NCBI RefSeq assembly: GCF_009914755.1
Contig: NC_060947.1
Source of the DNA: the human T2T-CHM13v2.0 reference genome, Homo sapiens
Strand: one strand, 5' to 3'
Length of the DNA: 64,000 nt
The notes beneath the pieces were generated by a model. The model was not told where the DNA came from. It did no database searches and saw nothing but the letters and a program-made list of their open reading frames with translations. Shown here in pieces: positions 27,007-44,009 of the stretch. Made by a program: the position numbers and the translations under genes. Position 1 is the stretch's first letter. Every line of letters begins with the position of its first letter.

Positions 27007-28391
27007 GCTGCTATGCATAGCACAACCTGTAGGCTTTTGTGTGAACATAATTTTTCATTCTCTGGGATAAATTTTTTAAAATTGCAATTCCTGGGTCATA
27101 TGGTAGTTGAATATTTAGTTTTACTAAACTGATAGGAAACTGCCAAACTGTTTTCGAAGGTGACTGTACCATTGCATATACATACTGGCAATGTATGGTA
27201 TGAGTGATCCAATTTCTCAGCTTCCTTGCCAGGATTTGGTGTCATCACTATTTTTAATTTTAGCCTTTCTTATAAGTGTGTATTGGTATCTCATTGTAGT
27301 TTTAATTTGCATTTCCATGATGGCTAATGACGTCAAACATTTTTAAAGTGCATATCTGTCATCTCTCTATCCTCTTTGGTGAAATATCTGTTCATGTCTT
27401 TTGTCCATTTTCTACATGGATGGCTTATTTTTTTATTGCTGATTTTTGAGACTTTAAAAAATATTATAGATACTAGTTTTTTGTTGTATATATACTTTAT
27501 AAATATTTTCTCCCGTTCCCTAGCTTATTTTTAAAAAATCATTTTAAGAGTCAATTGCAGAGCAAAAGTTTTTACTTTTGAATAGGTCCAATTTATCAAG
27601 GTTTCCTATTATAGACCATGCTTTAGGTATTAAATCTAAGAACTCTTTGCCTAATCCTAGATCCTGAAGATTGTTTTGTAATTTTCTAAAACTTTTAGTT
27701 TTACATTTCACATTTAAATTCGTAATCTATTTTGAGTTAATCTTTGTATAAGGTTTGAAATTTAAGTCGTTTCATCTCTTTTACTTATACATTTCCAATG
27801 TTTCTAACACCACTTGTTGAGAGACTATCCTACCTCCATCAAATTGCTTTTATACCTTTGTCAAAAGCAGTTGGATATATTTGTGTGGGTCTCTGAGTTC
27901 GAGTTCCTTATTCTGTTCCTTTTATCTGTATGCTTGTCCCTCCACACAGTCTTATTGCTGTAGTTGTATAATAAATCTTAAAATGAGGTAGACTGATTTA
28001 CTCTATTTTTCTTTTTCCAAAATTGCTATAGCTTTTGTAGTTCCTTTGTTTTTCCATATACATTTTAAAATAATCTTGTCTATATCTATAAAAATTTTTG
28101 TTGTGACTGTGATAGGAATTGTATTAAACCTATAAATCAAGTTGAGGAGAATCAGTATCTTTACTATGTTTAGTCTTCCAATCTATGAACATAGTATTTT
28201 TTTCCATTTAGTAGATCTTTTATTTCTTTCAATAGAATTTTGTAATTTTGAGCATACAGATACCATACATGTTTTATTAGATTTACACCTAAGTGTTTCA
28301 TTTTCTTGTAGCATTTATGTTTGTGTTTTTCATTTTAATTTCCATATGCTCATTATTATTGTGTAGAAATATGATTGATTTTGTGTGTTGA

Positions 28392-28744
<353 letters not shown>

Positions 28745-29423
28745 TAGTCTTATTTGTTCTAGGAGGGCTTTCTTTTTTCTTTTTGTTTTGTAGTTTTCTT
28801 AGGAGTTTTCCACATAGACAATTTTGCCATCTTTCAATAAGAGTGGTGAGGGCAGACATCCTTGCCTTGCTGCTGATTTTGGGGGGAAAGCCTTCAATCT
28901 TTCACCATTAAGCATAATGTTTGCTGTATATTTTTTATAGATATTCTTCATCAAGTTGAGGTGCTTCCCCTTCATTAGCTTGCTGAACTTTTTTTTTTTT
29001 TTTTACCATAAATGGATATTGCAGATTGTCAAATGCGTTTTCTGCCTTTATTGATATAATTATATAATTTTTCTTCTTTAGCTTCTTATTATAGTAGATT
29101 ATATTAATTGATATTCAGATGCTAAGTCAGCATTACATTCCTGGAGTAAATCCCACTTGATTTGATTTTCTAAAATTTTGTTGAGGACTTCTGAATATCT
29201 ATTCATGAGAAACTACATTGGTCTGTAGATTCTTTTCTTGTAATGCCGTTGTCTGGTTTTGGTATTAGGGTAATGCTGCCTCAGAGAATGAGTTGGAAAG
29301 TGTTACCTGTGCTTCTATTTTCTGGGAGTGATTGCAAAAAATTGATATGAGTTCTTTAATAAATTTGGAATTTCCCAGTAAAACCATTTAGGCCTGGGGC
29401 TTTCTTTTCTGAAACTTTATTAC

Positions 29424-29724
29424 TTTTTTTTTTTTTTTTTGAGATGGAGTCTCGCTCTCTCGCCCAGGCTGGAGTGCAGTGGCGCAATCTCAGCTCACTG
29501 CAAGCTCTGCCTCCTGGGTTCATGCCATTCTCCTGCTTCAGTCTCCTGAGTAGCTGGGACTACAGGCGTCCGCCACCACGCCCGGCTAAATTTTGTTTTT
29601 ATTTTTAGTAGAGATGGGGTTTCACCATGTTAGCCAGGATGGTCTCGATCTCCTGACCTTGTGATCCACCCGCCTCGGCCTCCCAATGTGCTGGGATTAC
29701 AGGCGTGAGCCACTGCGCCCGGCC
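29424..29724 (-). mobile_element. AluY with TSD
   Basis: Y diagnostics gcaagctctgcc, gccattctcc, ttagccaggatggtctcgatc; TSD gaaactttatta at 29411-29422 and 29725-29736. Confidence 0.97.
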
Positions 29725-30424
29725 GAAACTTTATTAATTATTGATTCAATTTCTTTAATAGATATAGGCCTAGTCAAATTATGTATTTCTTCTTGTGTGA
29801 GTTTTGGTAGTTTGTATGTCTCAAGGAATTAGTCCATTCCCTCTATGTTATCAAATTTTTAGGCATAGAGTTGTTTGTGGCATTACCTTGTCTGTTTAAT
29901 TGATGTCATTTTATTATTAATTTTCTATTTCTTGTTCCTCTGTGTTTGTTTTCTTAACTTCCAGTGGGTTATGTGAACATTTTTAAAGGAATTCATCTTG
30001 ATTTCTTTACAGTTTTTGAAACACATTGCTTCGTATAATTTTTTGAGTAGTTGATTCTAGGTATTACAACATACATAATTATCATAGTTTACTTGTTTTG
30101 ATACATTACTACTTTGAATGATGTACAGAAAACTTACTTCTATTTAGATTTATCATCCCCACTTTTAGAATATAACTTTTCACTACATTTTTTAATAAAA
30201 TTTGAACTATTACTTTAAATACTACATTTAATACATTTTCTATATATAAGTATGATATCAGATGGTGTTATAATTTTTGCTTCAACTATCAAATATGATT
30301 TAATAAATCCATAAAGAGTAGAATAATCTATTTATGCTTATTTTTACCCATTCCAATGCTTTTCCTTTCTGAAATTCCATGCTTTGCATTTCCTTTTCAT
30401 TTACAAAACTTCACTTAGCCAGTC

Positions 30425-31498
<1,074 letters not shown>

Positions 31499-31681
31499 TT
31501 AGTTTTCCTTTGTCTGGTAGTATATTTTCCTTTCATTGCTGAGACATTTGTTTGCTGTATATAGAATTTGCAGTTGAAACTTCTTTTCTTTCAGTATTTG
31601 GAAAATGCTGCATCACTTTTCTTTTGGCCTTCTTGTTTTCTGATGAGAAGTCTACTGTCATTTGAGGTGTATGTGTGTGTC

Positions 31682-32597
31682 TTTAATTTTTTAATTTTGA
31701 ATTTTTGTGGGTACATAGTAGGTGTATTTATGGGGTACATGAGATGTTTTGATACAGGCATGCAATGTGTGAAGACCACATCATGGAAAATCCTCTCAAG
31801 CATTTATGCTTTGTGTTACAAACAATCCAATTATACTCTTTCAGTTATTTTTAAATGTACAATTAAGTTAATATTGACTATAGTCACTCTGTTGTGCTAT
31901 CACGTATAGGTCTTATTCATTCCTTCTAACTATTTTTTCATAGGCATTAACTATCTTCACCTCTCCCCAACCCCACTCCTACCCTTCCCACCTCTGGTAA
32001 CCATCCTTCTACTCTCTATGTCCATGAGTTCAATTGTTTTGATTTTTAGATCCCACAAATAAGTGAGAACATGTGATGTTTGTCTTCCTGTGCCTGGCTT
32101 ATTTCTCTAACATAATGATCTCCAGTTCCATCCATGTTGTTGCAAATGACAGGACCTTATTCTTTTTTTGTGACTGAATAGTACTCCATTGTTTATAGGT
32201 TTCACATTTTCTTTATCCATTCATCTGTTGATGGACGCTTAGGTTTCTTCCAAATCTTTGCTATTACGAATAGTGCTGCAACAAACAGAAGTGCAGATAT
32301 CTCTCTGATATACTGATTTCCTTTGTTTTGGGTTCTGGATAATATGGTAGCTCAACTTTTAGTTGTTTTTGAAGAACCTCCATACTGTTCTCCATAGTGG
32401 TTGTACTAATTTACATTCCCAGCAACAGTGTATGAAAGTTCCCTTTTCTCCACATCCTCTCCAGTATTTGTTATTGCCTGTCTTTTGGATATAAGCCATC
32501 TTTACTGGGGTAAGACAATATCTCATTGTAGTTTTGATTTGCATTTATCTGATGATCAGTGATGTAGAACACCTTTTCATATGCCTGTTTGCCATTC
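31682..32597 (-). mobile_element. L1MA (MA2-4-like) 3' fragment
   Basis: gtgggtacatagtaggtgtattt...; ORF 32359..32544 is ORF2 Cys-rich region; possible TSD tcat(t/c)tga. Confidence 0.85.
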
Positions 32598-32653
32598 ATC
32601 TGAATTGTTCTTCCCCTGTAAGTAATGTGTTATTTCTTTCTGGCTGCCTTCAA

Positions 32654-32655
<2 letters not shown>

Positions 32656-32698
<43 letters not shown>
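32656..32698. repeat. (TG)21 microsatellite
   Basis: Uninterrupted dinucleotide run. Confidence 0.97.
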
Positions 32699-32702
<4 letters not shown>

Positions 32703-34279
32703 AGGTAGAAGGGAGAGTATTCCAAGCAGAATGAAGATTGGCTATGATGAATCTTGGCATGGATTTCTTTGGATTAAACCTGTTTGGCATTCATTAAGCT
32801 TCTTGATTCTGTAGGTTTATGTAGTTTTTGCCAAATTCTGGAAATTTTCAATCTTTATTTTTAAAAATACGTTTTCAATCCTACTCTCTCACTCTTCTGC
32901 TTCTGGAACCACAATGAAATGAACATTAGCTCATTGTTTTTGTCCCAGAAATCACCCCAAATGATCATTTTTTAAAATTCAATTTTCCCTTTTTTGTTTA
33001 GATTGGGGAAATTCTATTGGTCTGTCCCCAAGTTCACTGATTCTATCCTCTGTCTTTGTCACTCTACTTTTGAGCCCATCAGTGTGTTTTTAATTTCAGT
33101 TATTGTATTTTTCATTTCTGTAATATTCATTTGCTTTTTTATAACTTCTATTTATTTGCTGAGATATTCTATTTTTTTTCATTTGCTTCACATAATTTGT
33201 AATTTCTTCTTCAATCGTTTTTGTAATACTTGCTTTAAAATCCTTTTCAGGTATTTCCCATACCTGATTTATTTTGATGTTGGCATCTGTTGATTGTATT
33301 TTCTCATTCATGTTATAATTTCCTTGGTATTTTGTATGATGCATTATTTTCTATTTCATCCTGGAGATTTTGCATATCATGGGACTCTGGATACTATTTA
33401 TTTATTTATTTATTTATTTTTTGCAGGCATTCCATTTTGAGGTTTAACATGGAGTTGACTGGGTGTGTATACTCAGTTTCCCACTTGGCCTCACTGATAC
33501 CACCTGGTGAATGTAGATTGCCAAATCACACTGCCTTATTGCAGATGACTAGGGTGAAAGATCAGTTCCCTGCTTTTCCCTGCTGACACTTTGCAGTGAA
33601 AGTGGGACACTGACTCACACCACCTCATTCCCTCCAGGTGGGGGTGTAAGATCACCTCTCTGTTGTTCCCCGCTGTCCCCCAATGCTGAGGGACTCAGGA
33701 TGCTTTGTTGATGCAGCACTTGGGGGCAGAATAACACCTCCCACTGGGCCCTACTAATACCAGCGAAGGGAGAAGGGGAAGTGGGATTTCAACTAGCTCT
33801 GCATAACACAGCCTCATTCAGTTTCATTAATGCCATGTAGGTGTTGAGGTTCAGCTCCCCATTGGTTTATTCTGACACCAGGGGAAGTGGAAAGTGGAAT
33901 GCCAACTAGCCCTGCTTCACACTGTCTCATTATTTGTGCAACTTGTGGGCTTTCCTGGCACCAGAGATAGGGGAGAGAAGAGTGTTAATAGTCCCAATTT
34001 GCACCATCTGATTCAGTTTCATTGATGTTGGGAGTAGGTAAAGGCTCAGCTCTCCACTGGACCCTGATGACAGTACCCTGACAGGAGAATCAGAGCATAG
34101 CCTGCTTCCCCTGTATAGGATATGGAAGATCAGATTCTTGCTTAGCTTCCCAATATCACCAGTCAGGTGAACCAGAGATCTGCCTGCTTCCTTAAGGCAG
34201 GAGATGGAAGATTAGCTCCCCATTCTGCTGTACTGATACCACTCTGCAAGGGAATCAGAATCCTCCATCCTTACCATCA

Positions 34280-35215
<936 letters not shown>

Positions 35216-35981
35216 GATTTGAAATTTTAAAAAATTTCGTTTGTCATCAAGGTGTGTGTTTTTAGAAATTTGAGTGTTTAATTGCATTAGCATTATATAA
35301 ACCCATTATAACACAGTCCCTATGGAGACAAAGTGTATTTCCTCCTGTCAATATACAGGTATGAGTTTATTGAATACTGAATTTTCTTTCTCTATATTGT
35401 TTCTGATAATTCTAATAGTAACATAAGTAGTCCTATAAATGAACCCAAATCCATAGAAGACCGCACCTTGTTAGGCTGAAAACACACCTGTGTGTGCTTT
35501 ACCCATTAAAATAATCCCACATTAGTCTGTCTTTGGGAAACAATGAGGCTATTTTCTGGGGAACAAAGATCTGTGGGTGAGGAGAAAAAAAAAAAGAAAG
35601 GACGATGGAACCCTGCTTAGTCCAGAATAAGCCCTCAATAAATATGAACTGACATTAGACTAAGTTTAATTCAATTTATTTTAGTGAAAAAACTTGTATT
35701 TTAAAGGCTTAGTTTAAATGACAGTAGTAATTTACAAATCCATAAACATTTGGAGCAGGATTTTTTCTTTGTCATGTGGTTAATTATTTATTTTATGAAA
35801 ACACATTTGCATGTATAATTAAAAGCCTGATAGATAAGATGGGCATTGAGAAATTTCAAGTTAACATTTTGTAAGCCAAACATCTCCTGAAATTTGATCA
35901 AAATCAAACAATATTCTTTTATACTATCTTTAATAAGCAAGTATGGATTGCTTGTAGACATTATTTCTCAAGAGCATAACT

Positions 35982-36590
35982 CTATCAGTCAGGATTCAGT
36001 TGCAAGAAACAAAAACCGCTCTACCTTTATAGGCATTTAATATAGGACTGAGGATCTCCAAAAAATATTGGCAGGACTTAGAGGAATTAATTCTGATCTC
36101 GGCCTCCAGAAATGAATCACAGAATAATACTGCAGAACTAGGCTGCTCACATCAGGAAGGCAGGGAATTGGGAACCCTTCCACTTGAGTTCAAGGACACA
36201 CAGCCATGGCTGTACTTGAGGAATCAGAAACCACCGTTACTGCAGCTACAACTTCACCCCATAAAGCAGTTGTCAGGGCATCCATGGCCAAGTTCACCCC
36301 CATCACCAGTAAAACTGCCTCTCAATACCAGCTAAGCTAGTGGTGCAGAAAACCCAACATTTTCAAGACTTTGTTAGCAACAACAAAGCAGCCGGGAAAT
36401 GATTCTCAAATCACCTTCTACCTTCTAAATCTGATGAAAGTACATCTAATTGGTGAAATCTAATTTGCATCCGGAAACATAACTGTAAGGGAGGCAGATG
36501 TTATTTTTTGAGGCTTGGCAGTACAGGAAGCCACGTTAATGGGAGGCAAGAGAGAGTACTGAATGGAATTCACCAGACTTACAAGCTCTT
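35982..36590. mobile_element. Ancient MLT1-type LTR (related copy at ~49505-50060)
   Basis: tatcagtcaggattcagttgcaagaaacaaaaacc terminus; loose similarity to 49505-50060. Confidence 0.5.
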
Positions 36591-37592
36591 TTGCTACTAA
36601 AGATTGTATATATTTGTCTTTCTATCCTTAAGCTTCCAAACAAAAATAGTAATGACCATATGGTGATGCCTAACAGAATGCAACTCTTTCTGGTAAAAAC
36701 AAAACTGTGGACATCTTCTTCCCAAAAAGGGGATATCCAGGGTCTCAGTAGTCACCAAATCCATCTTTGCTTGATACTCATTCATTTTATGGTTTTGTCA
36801 TAATCCTACCTTGATATACTGTAACTTAAAAACTATTATAAACTTAATTACTACCAACATATTTTACATAAAATAGTTGAGGAAAAGGAAAGATATGTGT
36901 ATATTTGTGTATGTATGTGTGTAAGCAAGGGAGAAAATATGGGTACCTATTGAAATTCTCATTTTGAATATTGTTATTCAATATTCGCATCATGCATATT
37001 GCTGTGTGTTGGTAATAGTTCATTCATTTAAACTGGTTTATACTAGAGTCTGGTTTATATTTGTATTTGTACAACAGTTTATTAATCCTCTCTCCCATTA
37101 ATGGGATTTAGGGTCGTTTCCAAGCTTTTTATGTTGTTAGCAGTACTGCTATAAACATTCTTGTACATATTTCCAGTTTTATATATGTAAGAGTTTATTT
37201 GGGCATATGCCTTGGAGTGGAATTGCAAGCCATAGGCTATATAAACCTTCAACTTTAGAGGGTAATGTTAAACTGTTTTTCAAAGTGGTTGCAGAAATTA
37301 TTACTTTCAGACTCAATGTGTAAGTCATATGGTGAATATACATCATCTCTAACATTAGGTTTGTCAGACTTTTTAATTTTTTGTTAGTGTAATATGTATG
37401 AATTGGTATCTCATTGCAGTATTGATTTGCATTTTTCACAATCACCATTGATATTAAACTCTCTTCGTACATTTTTTTTTTGGCCCTGTGTGTCTCCTCT
37501 TCTGCTAAATGTCTCTTGTTCACTTTTTTTTTTTAACTGGGTTGTTTGTGCTTCTCTTATGGTTGTATAGCATTACTCTGATCTCTTTACTA

Positions 37593-37738
37593 TAGATCAT
37601 ACATACTGAAAGATCACTACGGACCCCATGAATATGTATAATTATTATTTGTCAATTAAAAATAAAAATAAAGAAATTTTAAAAATTTAAAATAAAGTTT
37701 GAATTAACTGCTAAAAAAATAAAAAAGAAATAAAAAGA
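37593..37738 (+). mobile_element. Tiny L1MA 3' end with double A-tail, inserted in an L1ME relic (~36950-37860, minus strand)
   Basis: ccccatgaatatgtataattattatttgtcaattaaa; TSD at(c/t)tctttacta at 37581-37592 and 37739-37750. Confidence 0.75.
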
Positions 37739-37860
37739 ATTTCTTTACTAATTCTTTCTTGGTTGTGTGTATTCTCCACCTGGCATTCCATAATGTACCT
37801 TATCTTTCTTACTTTCTTTAAGATGTTTTTTAATGCATCAAAATATTGTCTAAATTATCA

Positions 37861-40800
37861 GGGAAAGATGGCTGACTACAGTTAGTTCATCCTCCCCTTC
37901 GCCAAAAGTGACCAAAACAATAAATAAAAAACTGTATTTCAACTGGAGTGACTGAGAAAATATGGTGGAGAGTACTAAGGGAGTAGCAAAACCCTTGTGG
38001 AGCATGGAAGCCCAGGATAACACCACAGAGAGGTGAGCAAGGCATCTTTCCTCTGCCACATGGTCTCCCCACTGGGATTGGCTTAGAGTCAGAGTCTTAT
38101 TTTTACAAGGAAAATTTAAGCTAGAGATCCCCATTTGTCCCCATTGCTACATCAAATACCAGCAATCCTTGCTACAGGAGACTCCCCCAGTTCTCACAGG
38201 CCCCAAATCTAGTTTGGAGAGTATCTGGGATTTTGTGCAGCTGCATTGCCTTAGAATAGGAGCCATCCTTTAGCACCCTCTATCCTCATGACCTAAACTG
38301 CTACTGCATAAAACCATCTTTAAACCAGACCCACTGCTAGAGTGCATCCTATCCTGGGGGCCAGCAGCCCCCACTGTCATTGTCATTCTACTATGTTAAC
38401 AGAAGTGCCTGTAGCACCACTACCCCAAACCACAAATACTGGAATTATAGCCATTTCACAAATGAGAAAGATAAAGGAAACAAGGTTTAGTACCAAAGAA
38501 AACCACCAAACCACAGAGGTAAACAAGAGAGTACGAAAGGACCAAAGGATCTATAAAACAACCAGAAAACAGTTAACAAAGTGTCAAGAGTAACCCCTTA
38601 TCAATAATAACCTTGAATTTAATTAGAGTAAAATTTCCAATTAAAACATACAAAATGGCTGAATGGATAAAAAAAACAAAAAACAAAAAACAAAAAACAA
38701 AAAACAAGACCCAACTATTTCCTTCCTACAGGAGACTCGCTCATGTAAAGATACACAGACTGAAAGTGAAGGGAGGGACAAAGATATTCCTTGCAAATGC
38801 AAACAAAAAACGAGCAGGAGTAGTCATACTTATGTCAGATAACTGTATTGACTTAATGTCAATAACTGTAGAAAGAGAAAAAGTCATCATATAAAATTAA
38901 AGAGATCATTTCAACAAGAGGATATAACAATTATAAATATATAAGCACCTAACACTGGAGTATCCAGACATATAAAGAAAATGTTATTAGACCTAAAGGG
39001 AGAGATAGACTGCAATATGATAATAGTTGGGGACTTCAACACCCCACTTTCAACAATGGACAGATCATCTAGACAGAAAATCAATTAAAAAAATTGGACC
39101 TAAACTGCACCATAGACTGAACACACCTAACAGGCATTTATGGGCCATTCCATCAATAACTGCAGAATACACATTTTTCTCAATTGTACGTGAAACATTC
39201 TCCAGGATAGACCACGTCTTAGGACACAAAACAAGTCATAACAAATTTAAGAAGTTGAAAGAAATAAAAGATATTCAAATTGGAAAAGAAGATATCAAAT
39301 TGTCCCTGCTTGCTCATGACATGATTTTATATATAATAATAGAAAATTCTGAAGACTCCACCTAAAAACTATGAGAACTTATAAATTCAGTAAGGTTGCA
39401 GGATACAAATCAATGTACAAAAATGGCAGCATTTTATACAGTAATAGTAAATTATCAGAAAACAAAGTCAAGAAAACAATTCAATTTATAACTATTAATA
39501 CTACAGAAATAATGAGATACCTAGGAATAAACTTAACCAAGGAGGTCAAAGATCTCTATACTGAAAATCATAAAACATTGATTAAAGAAATTGAAGGCAA
39601 GAGAAATAAATGCAAAGATAACCCATGTACATGGTTCAAAGAATTGATATATAAAAAATGGCCATACTACCTAAGGTGATCTATAGATTTGATGCAATCC
39701 CTATCAAAATACCATTGACAATCTTCACAGAAATAGAAAAATAATCCTAAAATGTATATGGCATTACAAAGGGCTCTGAGTAGTCAAAGGAATCTTGAAC
39801 AAAAGAAGAAAGCAGGAGGCATCACACTCTCTGGTTTCAAACTATACTACAAAGCTTTTATAATCAAAATGGCATGGTACTGGCATAAAAACAGACACTT
39901 AGACCAATGGAACTGAATCAAAAGTCCAGAAATAATTTCACATATTTACTGCCAACTGGTTTTTGGCAAAGGCAACAAGAATATTCACTGGGGGAAAGAA
40001 TAGTCTCTTCAATAAGAGGTACTGGGAATACTGAATATCCATACGCAGAAGGACAAAACTACACCCCTCTATCTTAAAAATCCACTCAAAATAGATTATG
40101 GACTTAAATGTAAAACTGAAAACTGTGAAACTAATAAAAGAAAACAGAGGAAATACTTCATAACATTGGGATGAGCAAAAATGTATTAAATAAGACTTCA
40201 AAAATACAGGCAACAAAAGCAAAAATAGACAAATGGGATTACATCACACTAAAAGGCAACAACAATCTACAAAATGGGAGAAAATATTTGCAAACTATAT
40301 CTGACAAGGGGTTTCTGTCAAGAATATATAAGGAACTTAAACAACTCAATAGCAAAAAGACAAATAACCTGAATAAAAAATGACCAAAAGACCTTAATAG
40401 ACATTTCTCAAAAGAAAACATACCAAAGGCCAACAGGTATATGGATAAATCGTCAATATCACGAATTATTGTGAAATGCAAACCAAGACCACAATGAAAT
40501 ACCACCTCACTTCAGTTATAAAGGCTACTATCAAATCTCCAAAAGAAACGTTGGCCAGGATATGGAGAAAAGGGAACACTTACACACTGTTGGTGGGATT
40601 ATAAACTAATACAACCATTATGGAAAACAGTATGGAGGTTCCTCAAAAATTGAAAATAGAACCACTATACGATTGATTACTCCCACTACTGGGTATATAT
40701 TCAAAGGAAATGAAATCAGTATGTTGAAAAGATATCTGAACTCCCATGGTTATTGCAGCTGTATTCACAATAGCCAAGATAAAGAATCAACCTATGTGTC

Positions 40801-41350
40801 CAACAAGTGATGAATAAATTAAAAAACGAGGTTCATGTACATGGGATTCTATTCATCTATAAAAAACAATGAAATCCTGTTATTTTTGACAACATAAATG
40901 AACCTGGAGGAAATCATGTTAAGTGAAATAAGCCAGACAAAGACAAATACCATATGATCTCACTGACATGTGGAATGTAAAATTATAACAATAATGATAT
41001 CATAGAAGCAGAAAGTAAAACAGTGGTTAACCGATGCTGGGTAGTAGACTGGGAAGGGCAGGATGAGGAGAGGTGAGTCAATGGGTATAAAGTTACAATT
41101 AGATAGGATAAACGAATTATGGTGTTCCATTGCACAGTAGCATGAGTGTGGTTAACAGTAAAATATTATATATTGCAAACTACTTAGAAGAGAGGCTTTT
41201 GAAAGTTCTCACCAAGGGAAAAAAGATAAATGCATGAGGTGATGGATACACTAACTACCCTGGTTGGATCATTATACAACACAAATATTGTATCAAAACA
41301 TCAAATTGTACTCCATAAGTCTGTACAATTACAATGTGCCAATTAAAAAA
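37861..41350 (+). mobile_element. L1MA element retaining a 5' end, with two large internal deletions
   Basis: aagatggctgacta 5' start; EN-domain remnants (38613-39255), jump at gaaa microhomology into RT region, Cys-rich region, 3'UTR ending caattaaaaaa; possible TSD aaat(t/a)atc. Confidence 0.85.
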
Positions 41351-41354
41351 TAAT

Positions 41355-44000
41355 CTTTTAGTGTCTTGTTAAATATTTCCCTACTTCATTGACTAAAATA
41401 TTTTCATCTATATTTTCTACATAGAATAGTGATGTTTTATTTTTGACTGTTAAATCCTTAATCTATCTGAAGTTGGTTTTTCGATATCATATGAGTCAGG
41501 GGCCTAAATCACCTTTTTCCATATGCTAATTATTTTACCAGTTTCATTTATTGAACCATCCCTACTTTCCCTACTGAGTAGATGTGCCATCTCTCTATCT
41601 TATATCATGGGTGAGTCTGTTTCTGGTATCTTCTATTTCATTCATCATTTAATCTTCCTGCTCCAATAATATACTGTTTAATATTATAACTTTATAATAA
41701 TTCCTATTTTGGAGCAGGCAAATACCCCAAACTTGCTCTCCATCTTCAGTTGCGTTCTGGCCAGTATTGGCCTGTTTGTCTTCCACATAAATTTTGTAAT
41801 CATTAAGCCATGTGAAAACACTGTTGGAATAGAAATTGAAATTGCCTTGATTTTATTTCTAGATCAATTTGGGGAAAACTAACATCTTTAAGATATTAAG
41901 GCTTACTGTGCAATAATGGAGCACATTTGATTTATTTATGTCTTTAAAATATATATCTTAATAACATTTTATAATTTTCCCTGAAGATGTCTGTGCATCT
42001 TTTATTAACTGTATTCCCAAATACTTGAGATTTCTAGTACTATAAGAATTGTGTTTTCTCTTTAAATATAGTTTTAATGGCTTGCTGCTGACGAATAGAA
42101 ATGTAAATGAATCTTCTATATTAATCTTATATGCAGTTACCTTGCTAAATTCCCTTGTTGTGTCTAATAATGTGAAGGTTTACTCTTTGGGTTTTCTATA
42201 GAAATCACATAATCTACAAATAATCTGTAGATAATCACAATTTTGTTTCTTCCTTTCCAATCCTTATATCTCTGATTGCCTCATTATACCGTATAGGACT
42301 TCATGTACAATTATGAACAAAAGTGGTAATAAGTTTTTTCCTTGTGCCATTCCTGATTTCAAAGAGAATGCTTCCAATGTTTGCTCATTTAAGATAATGT
42401 TAACTTTTGGATTATTTTATAGATGCTTTTAGTCAGGTTAAGAACTATCCTTTCTCATTTCTAATTGAAGAAGAGTTTTTAAAATCATAAGTGGGTTTTA
42501 AGTTTGATGAAAGACTTATCTATTGAAATGATCTTTTGGTTATCTGTATTATTCTGTAAATATGGTAAGGTACATTTATGGATTTTCTAATAATAAACCA
42601 TCCTTGTATACCTGGAATACATTCCATTTGGTTGTGATATATTGTCTTTCATATACTCTTTTGGGTTTGATTCATTAATATTTTGTTAGCTGTTTTACAT
42701 CTAAATTAATGAGTTAAAATAACCTGTAATCTTCATGTCTCATAATTTATTTGTTCTGATGTCAAAGTATACTTGCCTTACAGAATAGGTTGTGTGGTAT
42801 TCCCTCTTTTTCTTTTATCTGAAAGTGTTTGTATAAAATTGAGATTATCTCTTTCTAGAAAGCTTGGTAGAACTCAACTATAAGACAGTCTTGACTTAGT
42901 ATTTCCTCAGCAGGAAGATTTTAACCACTGCGTTGAATTTTAAGATAGTTATAGGATGATTCAAGATTTTAAAATTTCTTTTTATGTTCTTGTAAGTTAC
43001 ATTTTTCTAGCCATTTGTCCATTTCTCCAAAGTTTTCAAAAACGTCGGTTTTTGGTGTTGATGGCATTGTTTTATTATCTTTTTTTAAATTTATTTATTA
43101 TTATTATACTTTAAGTTTTAGGGTACATGTGCACAATGTGCAGGTTAGTTACATATGTATACATGTGCCATGCTGGTGCGCTGCACCCACTAACTCGTCA
43201 TCTAGCATTAGGTATATCTCCCAATGCTATCCCTCCCCTCTCCCCCCACCCCACAACAGTCCCCAGAGTGTGATGTTCCCCTTCCTGTGTCCATGTGTTC
43301 TCATTGTTCAGTTCCCACCTATGAGTGAGAATATGCGGTGTTTGGTTTTTTGTTCTTGCGATAGTTTACTGAGAATGATGATTTCCAATTTCATCCATGT
43401 CCCTACAAAGGACATGAACTCATCATTTTTGATGGCTGCATGGTATTCCATGGTGTATATGTGCCACATTTTCTTAATCCAGTCTATCAATGTTGGACAT
43501 TTGGGTTGGTTCCAAGTCTTTGCTATTGTGAATAATGCCACAATAAACATACGTGTGCATGTGTCTTTATAGCAGCATGATTTATAGTCCTTTGGGTATT
43601 ATATTTTAAAACACTGTTCTGCTTAGTTATACCTTCCTTTCCATTAAAACATTATTTGCATCTTCTCTCTTTTCTCTCTTTATTAATCTTGCCAAATATT
43701 TGTCACTTTTTTTCCCAAAGAAACACCTATTGTTTTTATATCTTTGTTTTCTATTTCATTAGTTTTCAGTCTTATATTTATTATCTTTTTCTTTCTACTT
43801 TCTTTGGGCTTATTCTCTTGGGGTCGTTGTTTTAATAACTCCTTAAAATAGACACATAACTTCTTGGGCTTGCTTCCTCTTTATTTTGGGTATTTAAGGC
43901 TATAAATTTCCTTCAAAATACTGCTTTTATTACATCTTAGAAGTTTTGTTACATAGTGTTTTCATTTTATTCAGGACTAGGTATTTTTACATTTCCATTG
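41355..44000 (-). mobile_element. Highly diverged L1ME-type relic
   Basis: Antisense ORF2-like motifs (tcttccacataaatttt, tagatcaatttgggga, ccatccttgtatacctgga). Confidence 0.7.
43080..43599 (-). mobile_element. 5'-truncated L1PA3-like element
   Basis: 3'UTR tctagcattaggtatatctcccaatgc; ORF 43308..43550 is the end of ORF2. Confidence 0.92.
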
Positions 44001-44009
44001 ATTGTTTTG

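Noticed and set aside
33470-34245. CRISPR-like repeat/spacer appearance
   Set aside because: Repeats are heavily diverged and irregularly spaced, lie in a mammalian L1 relic, and have no cas genes nearby.
39240-39275. Large internal L1MA deletion as a spliced L1 integrant
   Set aside because: Junction shows gaaa microhomology rather than evident splice boundaries.
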